Shown one piece after another: positions 41,003-51,708 of a stretch of 64,000 nt of DNA. The DNA is from an uncultured Verrucomicrobiae bacterium (lineage in GTDB: Bacteria > Verrucomicrobiota > Verrucomicrobiia > Chthoniobacterales > JAFAMB01). The translations under genes and the position numbers were made by a program. The stretch covers positions 320,001-384,000 of the forward strand of contig CAWIPH010000001.1 of NCBI GenBank assembly GCA_963837955.1, in the 5' to 3' direction. The notes beneath the pieces were generated by a model that had not been told where the DNA came from, did no database searches, and was given only the letters and a program-made list of their open reading frames with translations. How positions within the stretch are numbered: the first letter of the stretch is position 1; every line of letters starts with the position of its first letter.

Positions 41003-41611
41003 ATGCTACCTGGAATCATCCTCACAATTTCTGCCCTGCTTTATCGGCTCCTCTACGTACTCGCCGGATCGCCAGTGAATTGGGCCAATTTCTCGCCGGT
41101 AGCAGCCATTTTCCTTTGCTCCGGCGCGTTCCTTTATCGGCGCGCCGCATACCTCTGGCCGTTGATCGCCCTCTTGGTATCGGACGTAATTATTAACGCC
41201 CACTATCATGTGCCTCTCTTAGATACCCGGATGATTTCCGGGTATTTTTGTTTTGCCCTGTTCCTACTTCTCGGGCGTTGGCTTGGTCAGAAACGCCAGG
41301 CCAAAGCGTTTTGGATGCTGGGCGGCGCTGTGGCTGCGTCACTGCTCTTTTACGTCGTCACCAACACCGTGGATTGGTTCTTCGATTCGTCGGTACCATT
41401 TCCGGTCGAGCTTTATGCCAAAACGTTCTCCGGATGGCTGCAGGCATTGACCGTTGGTCACCCCAACTTTCCTCCCACCTACCTCTTTTTGCGTAACACC
41501 ATGGTGAGCGACCTTTCGTTTACGGCGGCCTTCCTCCTCACCCAGTTCGTGTTTCGCTCGTCCCCCGAAACTGTCCCCTCAGCTACACATCAAAAAAGTC
41601 AGACTCTTTAA
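41003..41611 (+). CDS. DUF6580-like membrane protein (putative transport component)
   Basis: NFSPVAAIFL, PLIALLVSD, SLLFYVVTN, FLRNTMVSDL. Confidence 0.75.
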   Translation: MLPGIILTISALLYRLLYVLAGSPVNWANFSPVAAIFLCSGAFLYRRAAYLWPLIALLVSDVIINAHYHVPLLDTRMISGYFCFALFLLLGRWLGQKRQAKAFWMLGGAVAASLLFYVVTNTVDWFFDSSVPFPVELYAKTFSGWLQALTVGHPNFPPTYLFLRNTMVSDLSFTAAFLLTQFVFRSSPETVPSATHQKSQTL

Positions 41612-41620
41612 CCTACCCGT

Positions 41621-42694
41621 ATGCATTCTGTGGCTGATCAATCATCCGACGTTACCGCCGCCATCAACCGGCAACTTACCAAGGAAGATAAACTGCGCTT
41701 TCTGCAGGAGATGTATCGAATCCGCCGGTTTGAGCAGACTTCTTTAAAATATTACAACCTTGGCCGAATGGGCGGCTTCCTTCATCTCTACTCCGGTCAA
41801 GAAGCGGTGGCCGTGGGCACCATCTCTCTTTTAGGCGAAAATGACCACGTCATCACAGCGTACCGGGATCACGGCCACGCCCTCGCAGTCGGGATGAACA
41901 TGAACGAATGCATGGCCGAGCTTTTTGGCAAAGCTACCGGGTGCTCAAAAGGAAAGGGAGGCTCCATGCATTTCTTTGCGCCCGACAAGCGGTATTGGGG
42001 CGGTCACGGGATAGTCGGAGGTCAGACACCATTGGGAACTGGCATTGCCTACGCGCTGAAATACAAAAACATTCCTGGATGCTGTCTTTGTTATCTGGGG
42101 GACGGCGCCGTTAACCAGGGTCCGTTTCACGAATCGTTGAATCTGGCGGCGCTATTTCAACTTCCAGTCATTTACATCATTGAGAACAACGGGTACTCGA
42201 TGGGCACTAGTCTAAAGCGCTCGTCGGCTTTCAAGAATTCCTTGGCTGAGCGAGCCGAGGCATATGGCATAGCCTGGGATGTCTTCGGCGGCGAAGATCT
42301 TTATGAGATTCGTGCCCGGACCCACGTCGCGATGGAAAGAGCCCGCCACGAACAAAAGCCCTCCCTGTTGGAAATTCAGACCTACCGCTACTACGGTCAC
42401 TCAGTCGCCGACGCGAACGCCAAAAAATATCGGACGCCCGAAGAAATTGAAGAGTACAAAAGCAAACATGACCCGCTTCGCCTTTGGGCTAAACGCCTAA
42501 TTGACGAAGGCATCCTCAACGAAGCACAAGCTGATGAGATGGATCAGAAAGCTAAGGAGGAAGCAAATGCTGCGGTAAAGTTTGCTGAGGAAAGTCCTTA
42601 TCCCGAAGTAGACGACATTCTCACCGACGTTTACTGGGAGGTCGATAACCAAACAGACGCTGCGCAACACGGCACCTACTTCTTCAATCACTGA
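41621..42694 (+). CDS. pdhA: Pyruvate dehydrogenase E1 alpha
   Basis: GFLHLYSGQEA, GKGGSMH, GDGAVNQG, TYRYYGHS. Confidence 0.96.
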   Translation: MHSVADQSSDVTAAINRQLTKEDKLRFLQEMYRIRRFEQTSLKYYNLGRMGGFLHLYSGQEAVAVGTISLLGENDHVITAYRDHGHALAVGMNMNECMAELFGKATGCSKGKGGSMHFFAPDKRYWGGHGIVGGQTPLGTGIAYALKYKNIPGCCLCYLGDGAVNQGPFHESLNLAALFQLPVIYIIENNGYSMGTSLKRSSAFKNSLAERAEAYGIAWDVFGGEDLYEIRARTHVAMERARHEQKPSLLEIQTYRYYGHSVADANAKKYRTPEEIEEYKSKHDPLRLWAKRLIDEGILNEAQADEMDQKAKEEANAAVKFAEESPYPEVDDILTDVYWEVDNQTDAAQHGTYFFNH

Positions 42695-42703
42695 TTTATC
42701 ACG

Positions 42704-43678
42704 ATGCCTGAAATTACCTACCGCGAAGCTCTACGGTCTGCGCTCGACGAGGAAATCCTCCGAGACGAGAACGTCGTCATACTGGGCGAAGAGGTCGCCC
42801 AATATAATGGAGCCTATAAGATTACCGAAGGGCTTTGGAAAAAGCATGGAGATCGAAGAGTTGTCGATACGCCGATTAGCGAAGCCGGTTTTATCGGGAT
42901 GGGCATCGGTGCTGCTATGCTTGGGCTGCGGCCAGTCATGGAGCTGATGTTCTGGAGCTTCGCCTATGTTGCATTCGATCAGATCATCAACAACGCCGGC
43001 TGTATTCGCTATATGTCTGGCGGCTTGATTCATTTGCCGATCGTAATTCGCGGCCCGGCTAACGGCGGAACCAATGTCGGCGCCACCCACTCCCATACCC
43101 CCGACAATCTTCTCGCCAATAATCCTGGATTGAAAGTGGTCACTCCAGCGACTGCCTATGATGCCAAGGGCCTGCTCAAGACCGCCATTCGCGATAATGA
43201 CCCGGTCATGTTCATGGAAAATACGTTGCTCTACGGCGAAAAATGGGACGTGCCGGAATCGGAGTATCTCATCCCGCTTGGTTTAGCCGATGTAAAACGT
43301 ACCGGAGAACATATCACTCTGATCGCCCATGGCCGCGCTGTGTTGGCCTGCTTGAAAGCTGCAGACCTTCTTGCTGCCGAACATGATATTAGCGTTGAAG
43401 TGGTTGATCTCCGCTCCATCCGACCACTAGATGAAGAGACCGTTTTACAATCGGTCCGCAAAACGCACCGGGCAGTCGTGGTCGAAGAAAACAAGCCCTT
43501 CTGCGGTATCGGCTCCCAACTCGCGGCCATCATCCAAGAAAAGGCATTTGACGATCTTGATGCGCCGGTCGGTCGCGTGTCAGCCCTTGACGCTCCCGCC
43601 ATCTACAGTCCCCCAATCGAAAAGCGCCAGTTACCCGATCCGCAGCGCGTGATCAGCAAGGTTCTGGAAATCTGTTAA
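42704..43678 (+). CDS. pdhB: Pyruvate dehydrogenase E1 beta
   Basis: DTPISEAG, GLRPV, VVDLRSIRPLD. Confidence 0.95.
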   Translation: MPEITYREALRSALDEEILRDENVVILGEEVAQYNGAYKITEGLWKKHGDRRVVDTPISEAGFIGMGIGAAMLGLRPVMELMFWSFAYVAFDQIINNAGCIRYMSGGLIHLPIVIRGPANGGTNVGATHSHTPDNLLANNPGLKVVTPATAYDAKGLLKTAIRDNDPVMFMENTLLYGEKWDVPESEYLIPLGLADVKRTGEHITLIAHGRAVLACLKAADLLAAEHDISVEVVDLRSIRPLDEETVLQSVRKTHRAVVVEENKPFCGIGSQLAAIIQEKAFDDLDAPVGRVSALDAPAIYSPPIEKRQLPDPQRVISKVLEIC

Positions 43679-43695
43679 GCTTTCAAGGACCAGCT

Positions 43696-44979
43696 ATGCC
43701 TATCCCAATCGAGATGCCAAAACTCAGCGACACGATGACCGAGGGGACGCTGATTCGCTGGATTAAGAAAGTCGGTGACTCCGTTGAGGTCGGCGATGTC
43801 ATTGCTGAAGTCGAAACCGACAAAGCCACCATGGAAATGGAGGCGTTTGATGAGGGAACGCTGGCGGAGGTTTACGTCGAAGAAGGACAGAAAGTGCAGG
43901 TTGGTCAGAAACTAGCTATTCTCACCGGCGATGGAGAGGAGCCTCCGAAGTCAAACGGCTCCAAGAAAACCGTTGAGGACAAGAAAGAGCCGGCGACTGA
44001 ACAATCCCCGGCCGAAAAACAATCTTCTGTTAAAGAGCCTGCTCGCTCCGCTGTTGAGGCGACGGCAGAGACATCAAAGCAAACTAAGCCGTCAACAGAA
44101 TCAACCCGCGCGAAAGCATCTCCGCTCGCCCGCAAAGTCGCTGATCAACTCGGCGTAGAATTACAGCAGCTCACCGGATCCGGTCCGGGCGGTCGAATTG
44201 TTCGCAGCGATGTGCTCTCAGCCGCCAAGACCGAGCCGAAGCCTTTGGATCAGACGAAGACGGTTAGTAAACCGGAACCGCTTAAGACCGATCTGCGCAT
44301 TCCCCTTTCCGGTATGCGTCGAACCATTGCGAACCGGCTCCTCGAGTCCAAAACCACCATTCCGCATTTCTATCTCCAGGCGGAAGTCGATGCCCAGCCG
44401 CTGGTTTCGCTGCGTCAACAGATCAATGCCGCGGTCGAAGCCGCCGGCTTACCCAAAATCACCGTCAACGACTTTATCCTCAAAGCGACCGCTGTAGCTG
44501 CGGCGCGCGTACCTCAGGCCAACGCGGCTTTCGCGGGCGATGCAATCATTCAATTTGCTGACGTCCAACTCGCCTGCGCCGTCGCGGTTGAAGAAGGTCT
44601 TGTCACTCCCGTCATAAGAGAAGCCCAACGCAAAAGTTTGAGCCAGATCAGTGCCGAAATAAAAGATCTGGCAGCCCGGGCTCGATCCAAAAAACTAAAA
44701 CCGGAAGAGTACCAGGGAGGAACCATTACGGTCTCTAACCTTGGCGGCTATGGGGTTGAACAGTTTTTCGCGATAATTAACCCGCCCCAGTCAGTCATCG
44801 TCTCTGTCGGGTCCATTGTCGCGAAACCAGTCGTCAACGCCACGGGGGAGGTTGTGGCGGGACAACGCATTATTATCGGACTAAGCTGTGACCATCGCGT
44901 GGTGGATGGCGCCATCGGGGCGCACTTCCTGTCTGAATTGAAACGCTTATTGGAAACGCCCGCGCTGATGCTGATCTGA
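43696..44979 (+). CDS. pdhC: Dihydrolipoamide acetyltransferase E2
   Basis: Lipoyl domain ETDKATME, ASPLARK..GSGPGGRI, DHRVVDGA. Confidence 0.96.
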   Translation: MPIPIEMPKLSDTMTEGTLIRWIKKVGDSVEVGDVIAEVETDKATMEMEAFDEGTLAEVYVEEGQKVQVGQKLAILTGDGEEPPKSNGSKKTVEDKKEPATEQSPAEKQSSVKEPARSAVEATAETSKQTKPSTESTRAKASPLARKVADQLGVELQQLTGSGPGGRIVRSDVLSAAKTEPKPLDQTKTVSKPEPLKTDLRIPLSGMRRTIANRLLESKTTIPHFYLQAEVDAQPLVSLRQQINAAVEAAGLPKITVNDFILKATAVAAARVPQANAAFAGDAIIQFADVQLACAVAVEEGLVTPVIREAQRKSLSQISAEIKDLAARARSKKLKPEEYQGGTITVSNLGGYGVEQFFAIINPPQSVIVSVGSIVAKPVVNATGEVVAGQRIIIGLSCDHRVVDGAIGAHFLSELKRLLETPALMLI

Positions 44980-45094
44980 GCCCATTCGACTGCCGTCGAA
45001 TGGATCACAAAATGACAAATTCAAATTCTGTCATTCGGAATTTGTAATCTGTCATTGGGCCGAAGGCGGGGTGTCCCTACCAAATTTACTACTT

Positions 45095-46474
45095 ATGAAA
45101 TACGATTTGATCGTTGTGGGCGGCGGACCTGCCGGCTATGTCGGCGCCATTCGCGCCGCTCAACTCGGCAAGAAGGTGGCCTGCGTGGAGAAAGAAAGAG
45201 CCGGTGGAACGTGTCTCAATTGGGGCTGCATTCCGACAAAATCACTGCTGCGCAATGCCGAGCTCTTCCAGCTCATGCAAAAACGGGCCGGCGACTTCGG
45301 GTTCCGGTTCGAAAAACTTTCTTACGACTGGCCCAAAATCGTTTCCCGGAGCCGTTCGGTAGCAGATAAACTTGCTGGCGGCGTCGAATTCCTCTTCAAA
45401 AAAAACAAGGTCGATTATCTCCGAGGCGAAGCAACCATTCCGTCACCTGGAAAAGTCAGCTTTAAGAGTCGCGACGGCAAAGAGGAAACCATTGAGTCCG
45501 ATTATATTCTCATTGCCACCGGGGCCGCCTCCCGGGAAATGCCTGGTCTACCGGTCAACGGCAAAACCGTGATCAACAGCCATGACGCGATGATCATAGA
45601 TCCTCAGCCGAAGAAATTGATCGTAATCGGCGCTGGCGCCATCGGTGCAGAATTCGCGTACTTTTTTAATGCCTTCGGTACAGAGGTTACAATGGTGGAA
45701 ATGCTTCCCAACGTCTTACCGGTCGAAGACACTGAGGTCAGCGTCGCGCTGGAAAAGTCGCTGTCCAAACAAGGGATTAAGATTTTTACGAATACGAAGG
45801 TTGCGGCCGCGAAGCTTGAGCGAGGACAAGTCCGTGTGAACCTCGAAGGAAAACAAACGCAAGTTCTGGAAGCCGACTGCGCCCTGGTCGCTATCGGTGT
45901 GAGCCCAATCGTACCAGGTGGGGTCCCAATCAATCTCGATAAGAAAGGATTTATTTCGGTGAACGACCGGTACCAGACTAACGTTCCAGGCATCTTCGCA
46001 GCCGGCGACGTCATCGGACCACCCTGGCTTGCCCATGTCGCCAGTTGGGAAGCGATTCAAGCAGTCCAAGGCATTTTTACCAAGGGTTTCAAACCGCAGC
46101 TTGTGGGTGCGTTTCCGGGCTGTACGTATTGCCAGCCTCAGGTAGCTAGTGTCGGCCTGACCGAGAGAGCCGCCAAAGAACAAGGACTCAAGTTCAAGGT
46201 CGGAAAGTTTCCCTTTTCCGCGAGCGGCAAGGCATTAGCGGTCGGGGAACCTGAAGGGTTCGTCAAACTTCTGATCGCGGAGCCGCACGGTGAAATTTTG
46301 GGGGCGCACATCATTGGACCTGAAGCCACCGAGCTCATCGCAGAAATCGGGCTCGCCATGAACCTCGAGGCCACTTACGAAGAAATCGAGGCTACCATTC
46401 ACGCTCACCCGACTCTCAGCGAGGCTGTTCATGAAGCGGCCGGCGCCGCATTCGGCGAAGCGATCCATATTTGA
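45095..46474 (+). CDS. lpdA: Dihydrolipoyl dehydrogenase E3
   Basis: GGGPAGY, GGTCLNWGCIPTK, HAHPTLSE. Confidence 0.97.
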   Translation: MKYDLIVVGGGPAGYVGAIRAAQLGKKVACVEKERAGGTCLNWGCIPTKSLLRNAELFQLMQKRAGDFGFRFEKLSYDWPKIVSRSRSVADKLAGGVEFLFKKNKVDYLRGEATIPSPGKVSFKSRDGKEETIESDYILIATGAASREMPGLPVNGKTVINSHDAMIIDPQPKKLIVIGAGAIGAEFAYFFNAFGTEVTMVEMLPNVLPVEDTEVSVALEKSLSKQGIKIFTNTKVAAAKLERGQVRVNLEGKQTQVLEADCALVAIGVSPIVPGGVPINLDKKGFISVNDRYQTNVPGIFAAGDVIGPPWLAHVASWEAIQAVQGIFTKGFKPQLVGAFPGCTYCQPQVASVGLTERAAKEQGLKFKVGKFPFSASGKALAVGEPEGFVKLLIAEPHGEILGAHIIGPEATELIAEIGLAMNLEATYEEIEATIHAHPTLSEAVHEAAGAAFGEAIHI

Positions 46475-46488
46475 TTGGTGGGGCTGTA

Positions 46489-46545
46489 GGACTTATGGGT
46501 CACTTGGGTCGCATGGGACTTATGGGTCGGATGGGACCTATGAGG
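46489..46545. repeat. 9-mer tract (ATGGGACTT/ATGGGTCGC); related tract at 60884-60923
   Basis: GGACTTATGGGTCACTTGGGTCGCATGGGACTTATGGGTCGGATGGGACCTATG. Confidence 0.7.
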
Positions 46546-46561
46546 CCACATAATTCGGGCG

Positions 46562-47983
46562 CTATCGAGTCATCCCCATCGTCGGTACCCGCTCCGGAGC
46601 TGATGCTAAGGCACCTGCAGCTGCGCGCAGCATGACGTGCCTCAGGGTCACCCGAAATACCGTCCATCCCTCGCGTGAAGAGAGCAACGTCACGTCGCCG
46701 CCGTGGGCTCGAGCCAGCTCTCGCGAAAGACTTAGACCAAGACCATGTCCCGAGGCGGTTCCCTGCGGATCACTTCGGAAGAATCGCTCAAAAAGTTGTG
46801 GAGCCAATTCGGCCGGAACGCCGATTCCGCTATTTCCGATTTCGATCCAAACGAGCTTTGCGCCTAGATCCGTTCCAGCTCGAATCTGAACTCTACCGTC
46901 CGACTCGTTATATTTGATCGCGTTGTCGAGCAGATTCCAGAGTATCTGGTTCAGACGTCCAGCGTCGACTCCAGCCGTAATGCTGCCCGGCAGGTCCCTT
47001 TCGATCGAAATGCCTCTTTCTTCAGCCAGAATCTCCGCGTCTTCCGCACAGGCCCGAACAATTTCGCAAACATCCACTAACGTAAGGTCTAGTTGCAACC
47101 GGCCGGTATCGGCTCTGGATAACAAGAGTAAGCTTTCGGTAATCGCGGAAAGGCGCCGAGTTTGCTCTAGCAGACTCGCAACTGCCTCCCGGTCGTTTTC
47201 CTCGAGGGTAGGTGACTCCAGCAGGTCCTCGATACTATTTCGCAATACGGTCAACGGCGTTTTGAGTTCGTGCGACGCATCTGCACTGAATCGCTCCGTT
47301 TGACGAAAACTCTCGTTTAACCGGGTAAACATTTCATTCAAAACCCGGGTTAACCGCCCGATCTCGTCATTTTCCGGCGCATCGTCCAATCGCGCATCAA
47401 GACGCTTGGCGGTAATTTGCTCGGCCGCTTCCGCCATCGCTGAAACCGGGGAAAGGGCGGTTCGCGCAATCCACCACCCGCCAAAAGCAGTCACAACAAG
47501 CAAAAAAGGTACCACCGGCAAAACCGCCATAGCTCGTGCTCCCGCATCGTTCTCGATCTCGCGGAGATCGCCGGCGAGGCTCAAAATGAGATCATCTTTC
47601 TGGAACGTCCCCAGACGATAATTTACTCGGCGAATTTTTACCGTTCGTACACCCAACGTTGCTATAGGTAGCCACACGTTCGGGATATCGAAAGAACGAT
47701 ACAAAAGATGCCTACCTAAATCTCGTACTTCGATCAGCCGCCTCCCGGCGGAGAATGGGATCAACTCCTTGATCCGAGCCAAGCGCTCTGATTGTGACAG
47801 CCGGCCCCGCTCCTCCCACTGCGAAAAAAAATACTTCGCTTCTCCCTTCAGCTGATTGTCAAGCATCTGGATCTGCTCGTGCTTCAGATAGAAACTTGTA
47901 CCAATCGCACATGACAGGGCGGCGAGCCCGACCAAGAGTACGGACCAAATCGTGAGCTTCGCGCTGAGCGGCCAACGTTTCAT
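46562..47983 (-). CDS. HAMP sensor histidine kinase (CusS-like)
   Basis: Two TM segments, HAMP domain, FSADASHELKTPL, NLLDNAIKY, GHGLGLSL. Confidence 0.94.
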   Translation of the reverse strand: MKRWPLSAKLTIWSVLLVGLAALSCAIGTSFYLKHEQIQMLDNQLKGEAKYFFSQWEERGRLSQSERLARIKELIPFSAGRRLIEVRDLGRHLLYRSFDIPNVWLPIATLGVRTVKIRRVNYRLGTFQKDDLILSLAGDLREIENDAGARAMAVLPVVPFLLVVTAFGGWWIARTALSPVSAMAEAAEQITAKRLDARLDDAPENDEIGRLTRVLNEMFTRLNESFRQTERFSADASHELKTPLTVLRNSIEDLLESPTLEENDREAVASLLEQTRRLSAITESLLLLSRADTGRLQLDLTLVDVCEIVRACAEDAEILAEERGISIERDLPGSITAGVDAGRLNQILWNLLDNAIKYNESDGRVQIRAGTDLGAKLVWIEIGNSGIGVPAELAPQLFERFFRSDPQGTASGHGLGLSLSRELARAHGGDVTLLSSREGWTVFRVTLRHVMLRAAAGALASAPERVPTMGMTR

Positions 47984-48654
47984 TCCGGACCTTTGAGAAT
48001 ATATCCGACACCTCGAACAGTTTGCAGCAGCTTTACTTCGTGAAAATCGTCGATCTTCCGGCGAAGCCGATTGATATAGACGTCCACTACATTCGTACCG
48101 GTATCAAAGTGGTAATCCCAAACCTGTTCGCAAATGCTGGTCCGCGAGAGGACTCGCCCGGGGTACCGCATCAGAAACTCCAACAGAGCGAACTCCCGAA
48201 CGGCTAATTCTATCTTCTGCCCAGCCCGCGCAACCTCCCGGGTCAACAAATTCATGCTTAAATCAGCCACTCGCAGTCCAGTGGCTCTGTCCCCACTACT
48301 TCGCCGCCCTAAGGCATTGACCCGGGCGACCAATTCTCGCATCGCAAAAGGCTTGGCTAAATAGTCGTCCGCTCCCAGCTCCAAACCTTCCACTCTTTCC
48401 GAAACCTCACCACGAGCGGTAAGCAACATCACAGGTGTAGCATTTCTCTCCTCTCGCAACCGCCGAAGCACACCCAGCCCATCTATGCCCGGCATCATGA
48501 TATCCAGGATGATGACATCATACGTTTGCTTGCCGGCTTGATCCATTGCCTGGTTTCCGTCGTACACCGTCTCGACCTCATAGCCCGCTTCCTTCAGAGC
48601 CTTGCGGATAAAATGGCTTACTTTCTTTTCGTCCTCTGCCAGCAGGACCTTCAT
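47980..48654 (-). CDS. OmpR-family response regulator (CusR-like)
   Basis: LLAEDE, LDIMMP, GADDYLAKPF, TNVVDVYINRLR..TVRGVGY. Confidence 0.96.
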   Translation of the reverse strand: MKVLLAEDEKKVSHFIRKALKEAGYEVETVYDGNQAMDQAGKQTYDVIILDIMMPGIDGLGVLRRLREERNATPVMLLTARGEVSERVEGLELGADDYLAKPFAMRELVARVNALGRRSSGDRATGLRVADLSMNLLTREVARAGQKIELAVREFALLEFLMRYPGRVLSRTSICEQVWDYHFDTGTNVVDVYINRLRRKIDDFHEVKLLQTVRGVGYILKGPE

Positions 48655-49111
48655 CGCTTCGCTTCTATACATAGCATCAACGGTCTCGCCCAACTTACGC
48701 CGATGTTTTCCGCTTTCGAGTCACAGATTCACGCGATTCCTTTATCACTCCACCCTGGTCGCCAGGTCAAATCATCTAACGTTGTTCACACACTGATGAG
48801 GACTGCTTATCTCGTAATTGCCCAAACTTAATAATCATATACGTGTGGACAACTATCATTCCCATCCGTCAACCGGCTTCAGCAACGGAACCGTAGTCGG
48901 TTTGCCAATGGGAACAACTAATCCGCGCCACACCAACATGCACGAACAACCTGGAGGCAACCTGGAGTAATCCGAGTTACTGACAAGTTGTGCAGGATTC
49001 TTCAGATATTGATTCACATCGATCTGCTGCGCCAAAACCTTGCCCTCGCGCAATGTCTGCAACCTTAACCCAGCGCTTGCTGTGACGGATACATTTGATC
49101 CCGGCGCATGG

Positions 49112-50377
49112 TCAGACCCAATCGATAATCGATCCGAATCCGGGGTCAAAAAGTCGCTTGTAAGTCCGGATAGCGAAGCCGTCAGTCATTCCCGCGATGT
49201 AATCACACAAGACCCGGGCCCTGCTTTTCGGCGATTCTTCTTGTCGGACAATTTGATCAAAGGCCTCAGGTAAGAGACGTAAGCCGTAGTCTCCGGTGGA
49301 CAAATAGCTCTCCGCCAACGCCGAGAACATTCCTTCCAGGATCACCCGACCCTTTCGTTCCAACTGATGCAGCTGGGAATGATCGAATACCAAATCGTGT
49401 GATATTCTCTTATAGAGATCCGCTTCTGCTCGAACGGCTGGATCAATTCCAAGCGTAAACCGATACCGGTTACTCACCGAGGCCAACAGACTGTCGCGTT
49501 CCTTCAGGGAAGCCGCCCGGATGAAGGCGCCTATTTTTCGACTAAATCTGGATTCTGCTTTTCGATCCTTGATTGCTGCGACAACTGTTTCGGCGTGTTG
49601 AATCTCGTCCGCGCTTAGAGCCTGTCGACTAGCCCAGGCTTCGACTCTCTCGCTGCGGAGGAACCCGGCATTGATGCTATCGACCAGATCATTGAGGCAA
49701 TATGCCGTATCGTCTGCCCAATCCATGATTTCGCATTCCAAAGAACGAACCCCATTCCAGTCTGAAACCTGGTCGTTCACGGGACAAACGAAGCGTCGCA
49801 GGTATTCTTGTTCGTTATAGATGAAATGATTGTGGGCCCGTGGGTCTTCCTCAAGTAAGCGCTTGTACTTAAGGATGCCGTCCAAAAAAGCACGCGTCGG
49901 ATTCATTCCTCGGCGCGAGGCTTTTCCCGGGTAGATGGTTTCTGAGATGATCCGCAAACTCTGAGCGTTACCTTCGAAGCCGCCATACGGAATCATCAGC
50001 TGATGTAACGTGCGTTCCCCCGCGTGGCCGAATGGAGCATGACCTAAATCATGAGTCAGACAGACCGCTTCCACCAGGTCCGGATCGATAAAGAAGTCGG
50101 CCTCTAAAGTTGGAGTTGTTTGCTGGAGGTAAGAACAGATCGAACGCCCAATCTGAGCGACCTCCAAGGAATGGGTCAACCGCGTGCGATAGAAATCAAA
50201 CTCGCCTGAAACGAAGACCTGTGTCTTTGCCTGTAAACGGCGAAAAGCGGAACTGTAAATGATCCGATCTCGATCGACCTGGAAATGGGAACGAAAATTA
50301 TCCGTCTCTCGTAGATCGAGAGACTCGAGGTCGAATGAATTGTAAAAACCGTTTTGGGGTGAACCTTTCAAAGTCAT
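49112..50377 (-). CDS. dgt: dNTP triphosphohydrolase (dGTPase)
   Basis: DRDRIIYSSAFRRLQAKTQV, RTRLTHSLEV, HDLGHAPFGHAGE, FEGNAQ, DYIAGMTD. Confidence 0.95.
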   Translation of the reverse strand: MTLKGSPQNGFYNSFDLESLDLRETDNFRSHFQVDRDRIIYSSAFRRLQAKTQVFVSGEFDFYRTRLTHSLEVAQIGRSICSYLQQTTPTLEADFFIDPDLVEAVCLTHDLGHAPFGHAGERTLHQLMIPYGGFEGNAQSLRIISETIYPGKASRRGMNPTRAFLDGILKYKRLLEEDPRAHNHFIYNEQEYLRRFVCPVNDQVSDWNGVRSLECEIMDWADDTAYCLNDLVDSINAGFLRSERVEAWASRQALSADEIQHAETVVAAIKDRKAESRFSRKIGAFIRAASLKERDSLLASVSNRYRFTLGIDPAVRAEADLYKRISHDLVFDHSQLHQLERKGRVILEGMFSALAESYLSTGDYGLRLLPEAFDQIVRQEESPKSRARVLCDYIAGMTDGFAIRTYKRLFDPGFGSIIDWV

Positions 50378-50421
50378 CGCATCGCATCCATCATGCGATC
50401 ACTGATGTCTTCTTGCCAGAT

Positions 50422-51708
50422 TCATCGCCTTTTTTTCTTCGGCGTGGCCGTGGGCGTCGCGATCGGAGTCGGAGTGGGACTAGGCGAGAGGTAGACCCGT
50501 GCCGAATCTATCGGTGTCGGCGACGGTGCAACCGGAGTGGGTGAAGCGACCGAAGGAGAAGGTGAAGCGACTGAAGGAGACGGCGACGGCGAAGGCTCGG
50601 TCTTTTTCACGAAATCCGCGCGCGCCTTAAGCAGGGGTTCCAAGCTCCAATCCGTTACCAGGAAGCTCCAATGTTCCAATTTCTGTTCATCAGCCAACCG
50701 CGTCTTCCATTGTTCCAACTGCTTGCTAAATTCCTCATCCTTTTTCGACTTTTCTTCCGCGGTTTCGTTAGCGGCAGGAGTGCGGGCTGCTGGAAGGTCA
50801 GCACTCACTTTCACTCGCACAAAATGGGTCTGTTCCGGACCTGCTCCGCCGATTTCCAACCTGTAGTGAAAACCTTCAAACGTCTCCAGTTCGACCAGCA
50901 AAGGCTTATCCAGGCCGGATTCGTTCCCAGGCGTGTTTTCAGGACGAACATCCTGGAATGAAAGGGAGAGCGAAGAAAGGGGGTTAGCGTTCTCTTTGTC
51001 GAGACTTTCGCCGGCGCCAGCATCTTGAAGCTCCCAATCAGCATGATCATCTTTCCGGCTTACCTTCCAACCGGCTGCGTTGCCGACGCTGCCGCGGACC
51101 ACGGACCGCAGCTTTTGGGTATCTATAGACTCCTTTTTCAGCCAAGCGCTAGGATTCAACGGATCCAGAGTGGAAAACGTGTTGTCGATCAAGTATACGC
51201 GATCCTTTTGTTCCGGATTCAGGGCAAAACGGCCGGAACCTGAGGCTCCTTCCGTGTCCTCGCCACCACCGGAAGGCTTCTTTCCTAGCATGAGCGTAGC
51301 GATCTTCTTGTCACCTGTACCGAGTAAATCGATCTCCGTACCGGACTGGTCTCCCTGGCCAGGGGGAAGCAGCTGAAGCCTTCCAAGTTGAGACGTTCCA
51401 ACCTCCAGATTCCGGGCGTATTTTAACTCCCAGATCGAGCGAAGCAGCTCCCGGATCTTGACGAAGTCCGCCGGGTACCCGTATCGTTCAACCACCTGCC
51501 AGCTGTCGCCAGATGTTTGCAGAGTCAGGTTCTCCTTACCTTTTTGTATTCGGATCTTGGTGACATCATTGATTGGCAAGTTCGCAAAGATTTGCCGATC
51601 ACTATTTTCGCCCTTCCAGCCTGCAGATTGCTTCATCTGCAGAAGGGTTCCGGCAATAGCCAGCACGAGGGCAACGCCAAGGAGTAGATAAACCTGTTTT
51701 CGTTTCAT
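50422..51708 (-). CDS. DUF4340-domain protein with Pro/Ser/Thr tail
   Basis: N-terminal TM segment, WQV..GYPAD; position in a Gld-type ABC operon. Confidence 0.75.
   Translation of the reverse strand: MKRKQVYLLLGVALVLAIAGTLLQMKQSAGWKGENSDRQIFANLPINDVTKIRIQKGKENLTLQTSGDSWQVVERYGYPADFVKIRELLRSIWELKYARNLEVGTSQLGRLQLLPPGQGDQSGTEIDLLGTGDKKIATLMLGKKPSGGGEDTEGASGSGRFALNPEQKDRVYLIDNTFSTLDPLNPSAWLKKESIDTQKLRSVVRGSVGNAAGWKVSRKDDHADWELQDAGAGESLDKENANPLSSLSLSFQDVRPENTPGNESGLDKPLLVELETFEGFHYRLEIGGAGPEQTHFVRVKVSADLPAARTPAANETAEEKSKKDEEFSKQLEQWKTRLADEQKLEHWSFLVTDWSLEPLLKARADFVKKTEPSPSPSPSVASPSPSVASPTPVAPSPTPIDSARVYLSPSPTPTPIATPTATPKKKRR

Noticed and set aside
48856..49149. 97-aa ORF downstream of dgt
   Set aside because: No recognisable motif, overlaps the dgt end and has an unclear start; could be a fragment but cannot be supported.
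49112..50377. dGTPase as an anti-phage defence gene
   Set aside because: Sits in housekeeping context behind an ABC operon with no defence neighbours; looks like an ordinary Dgt.
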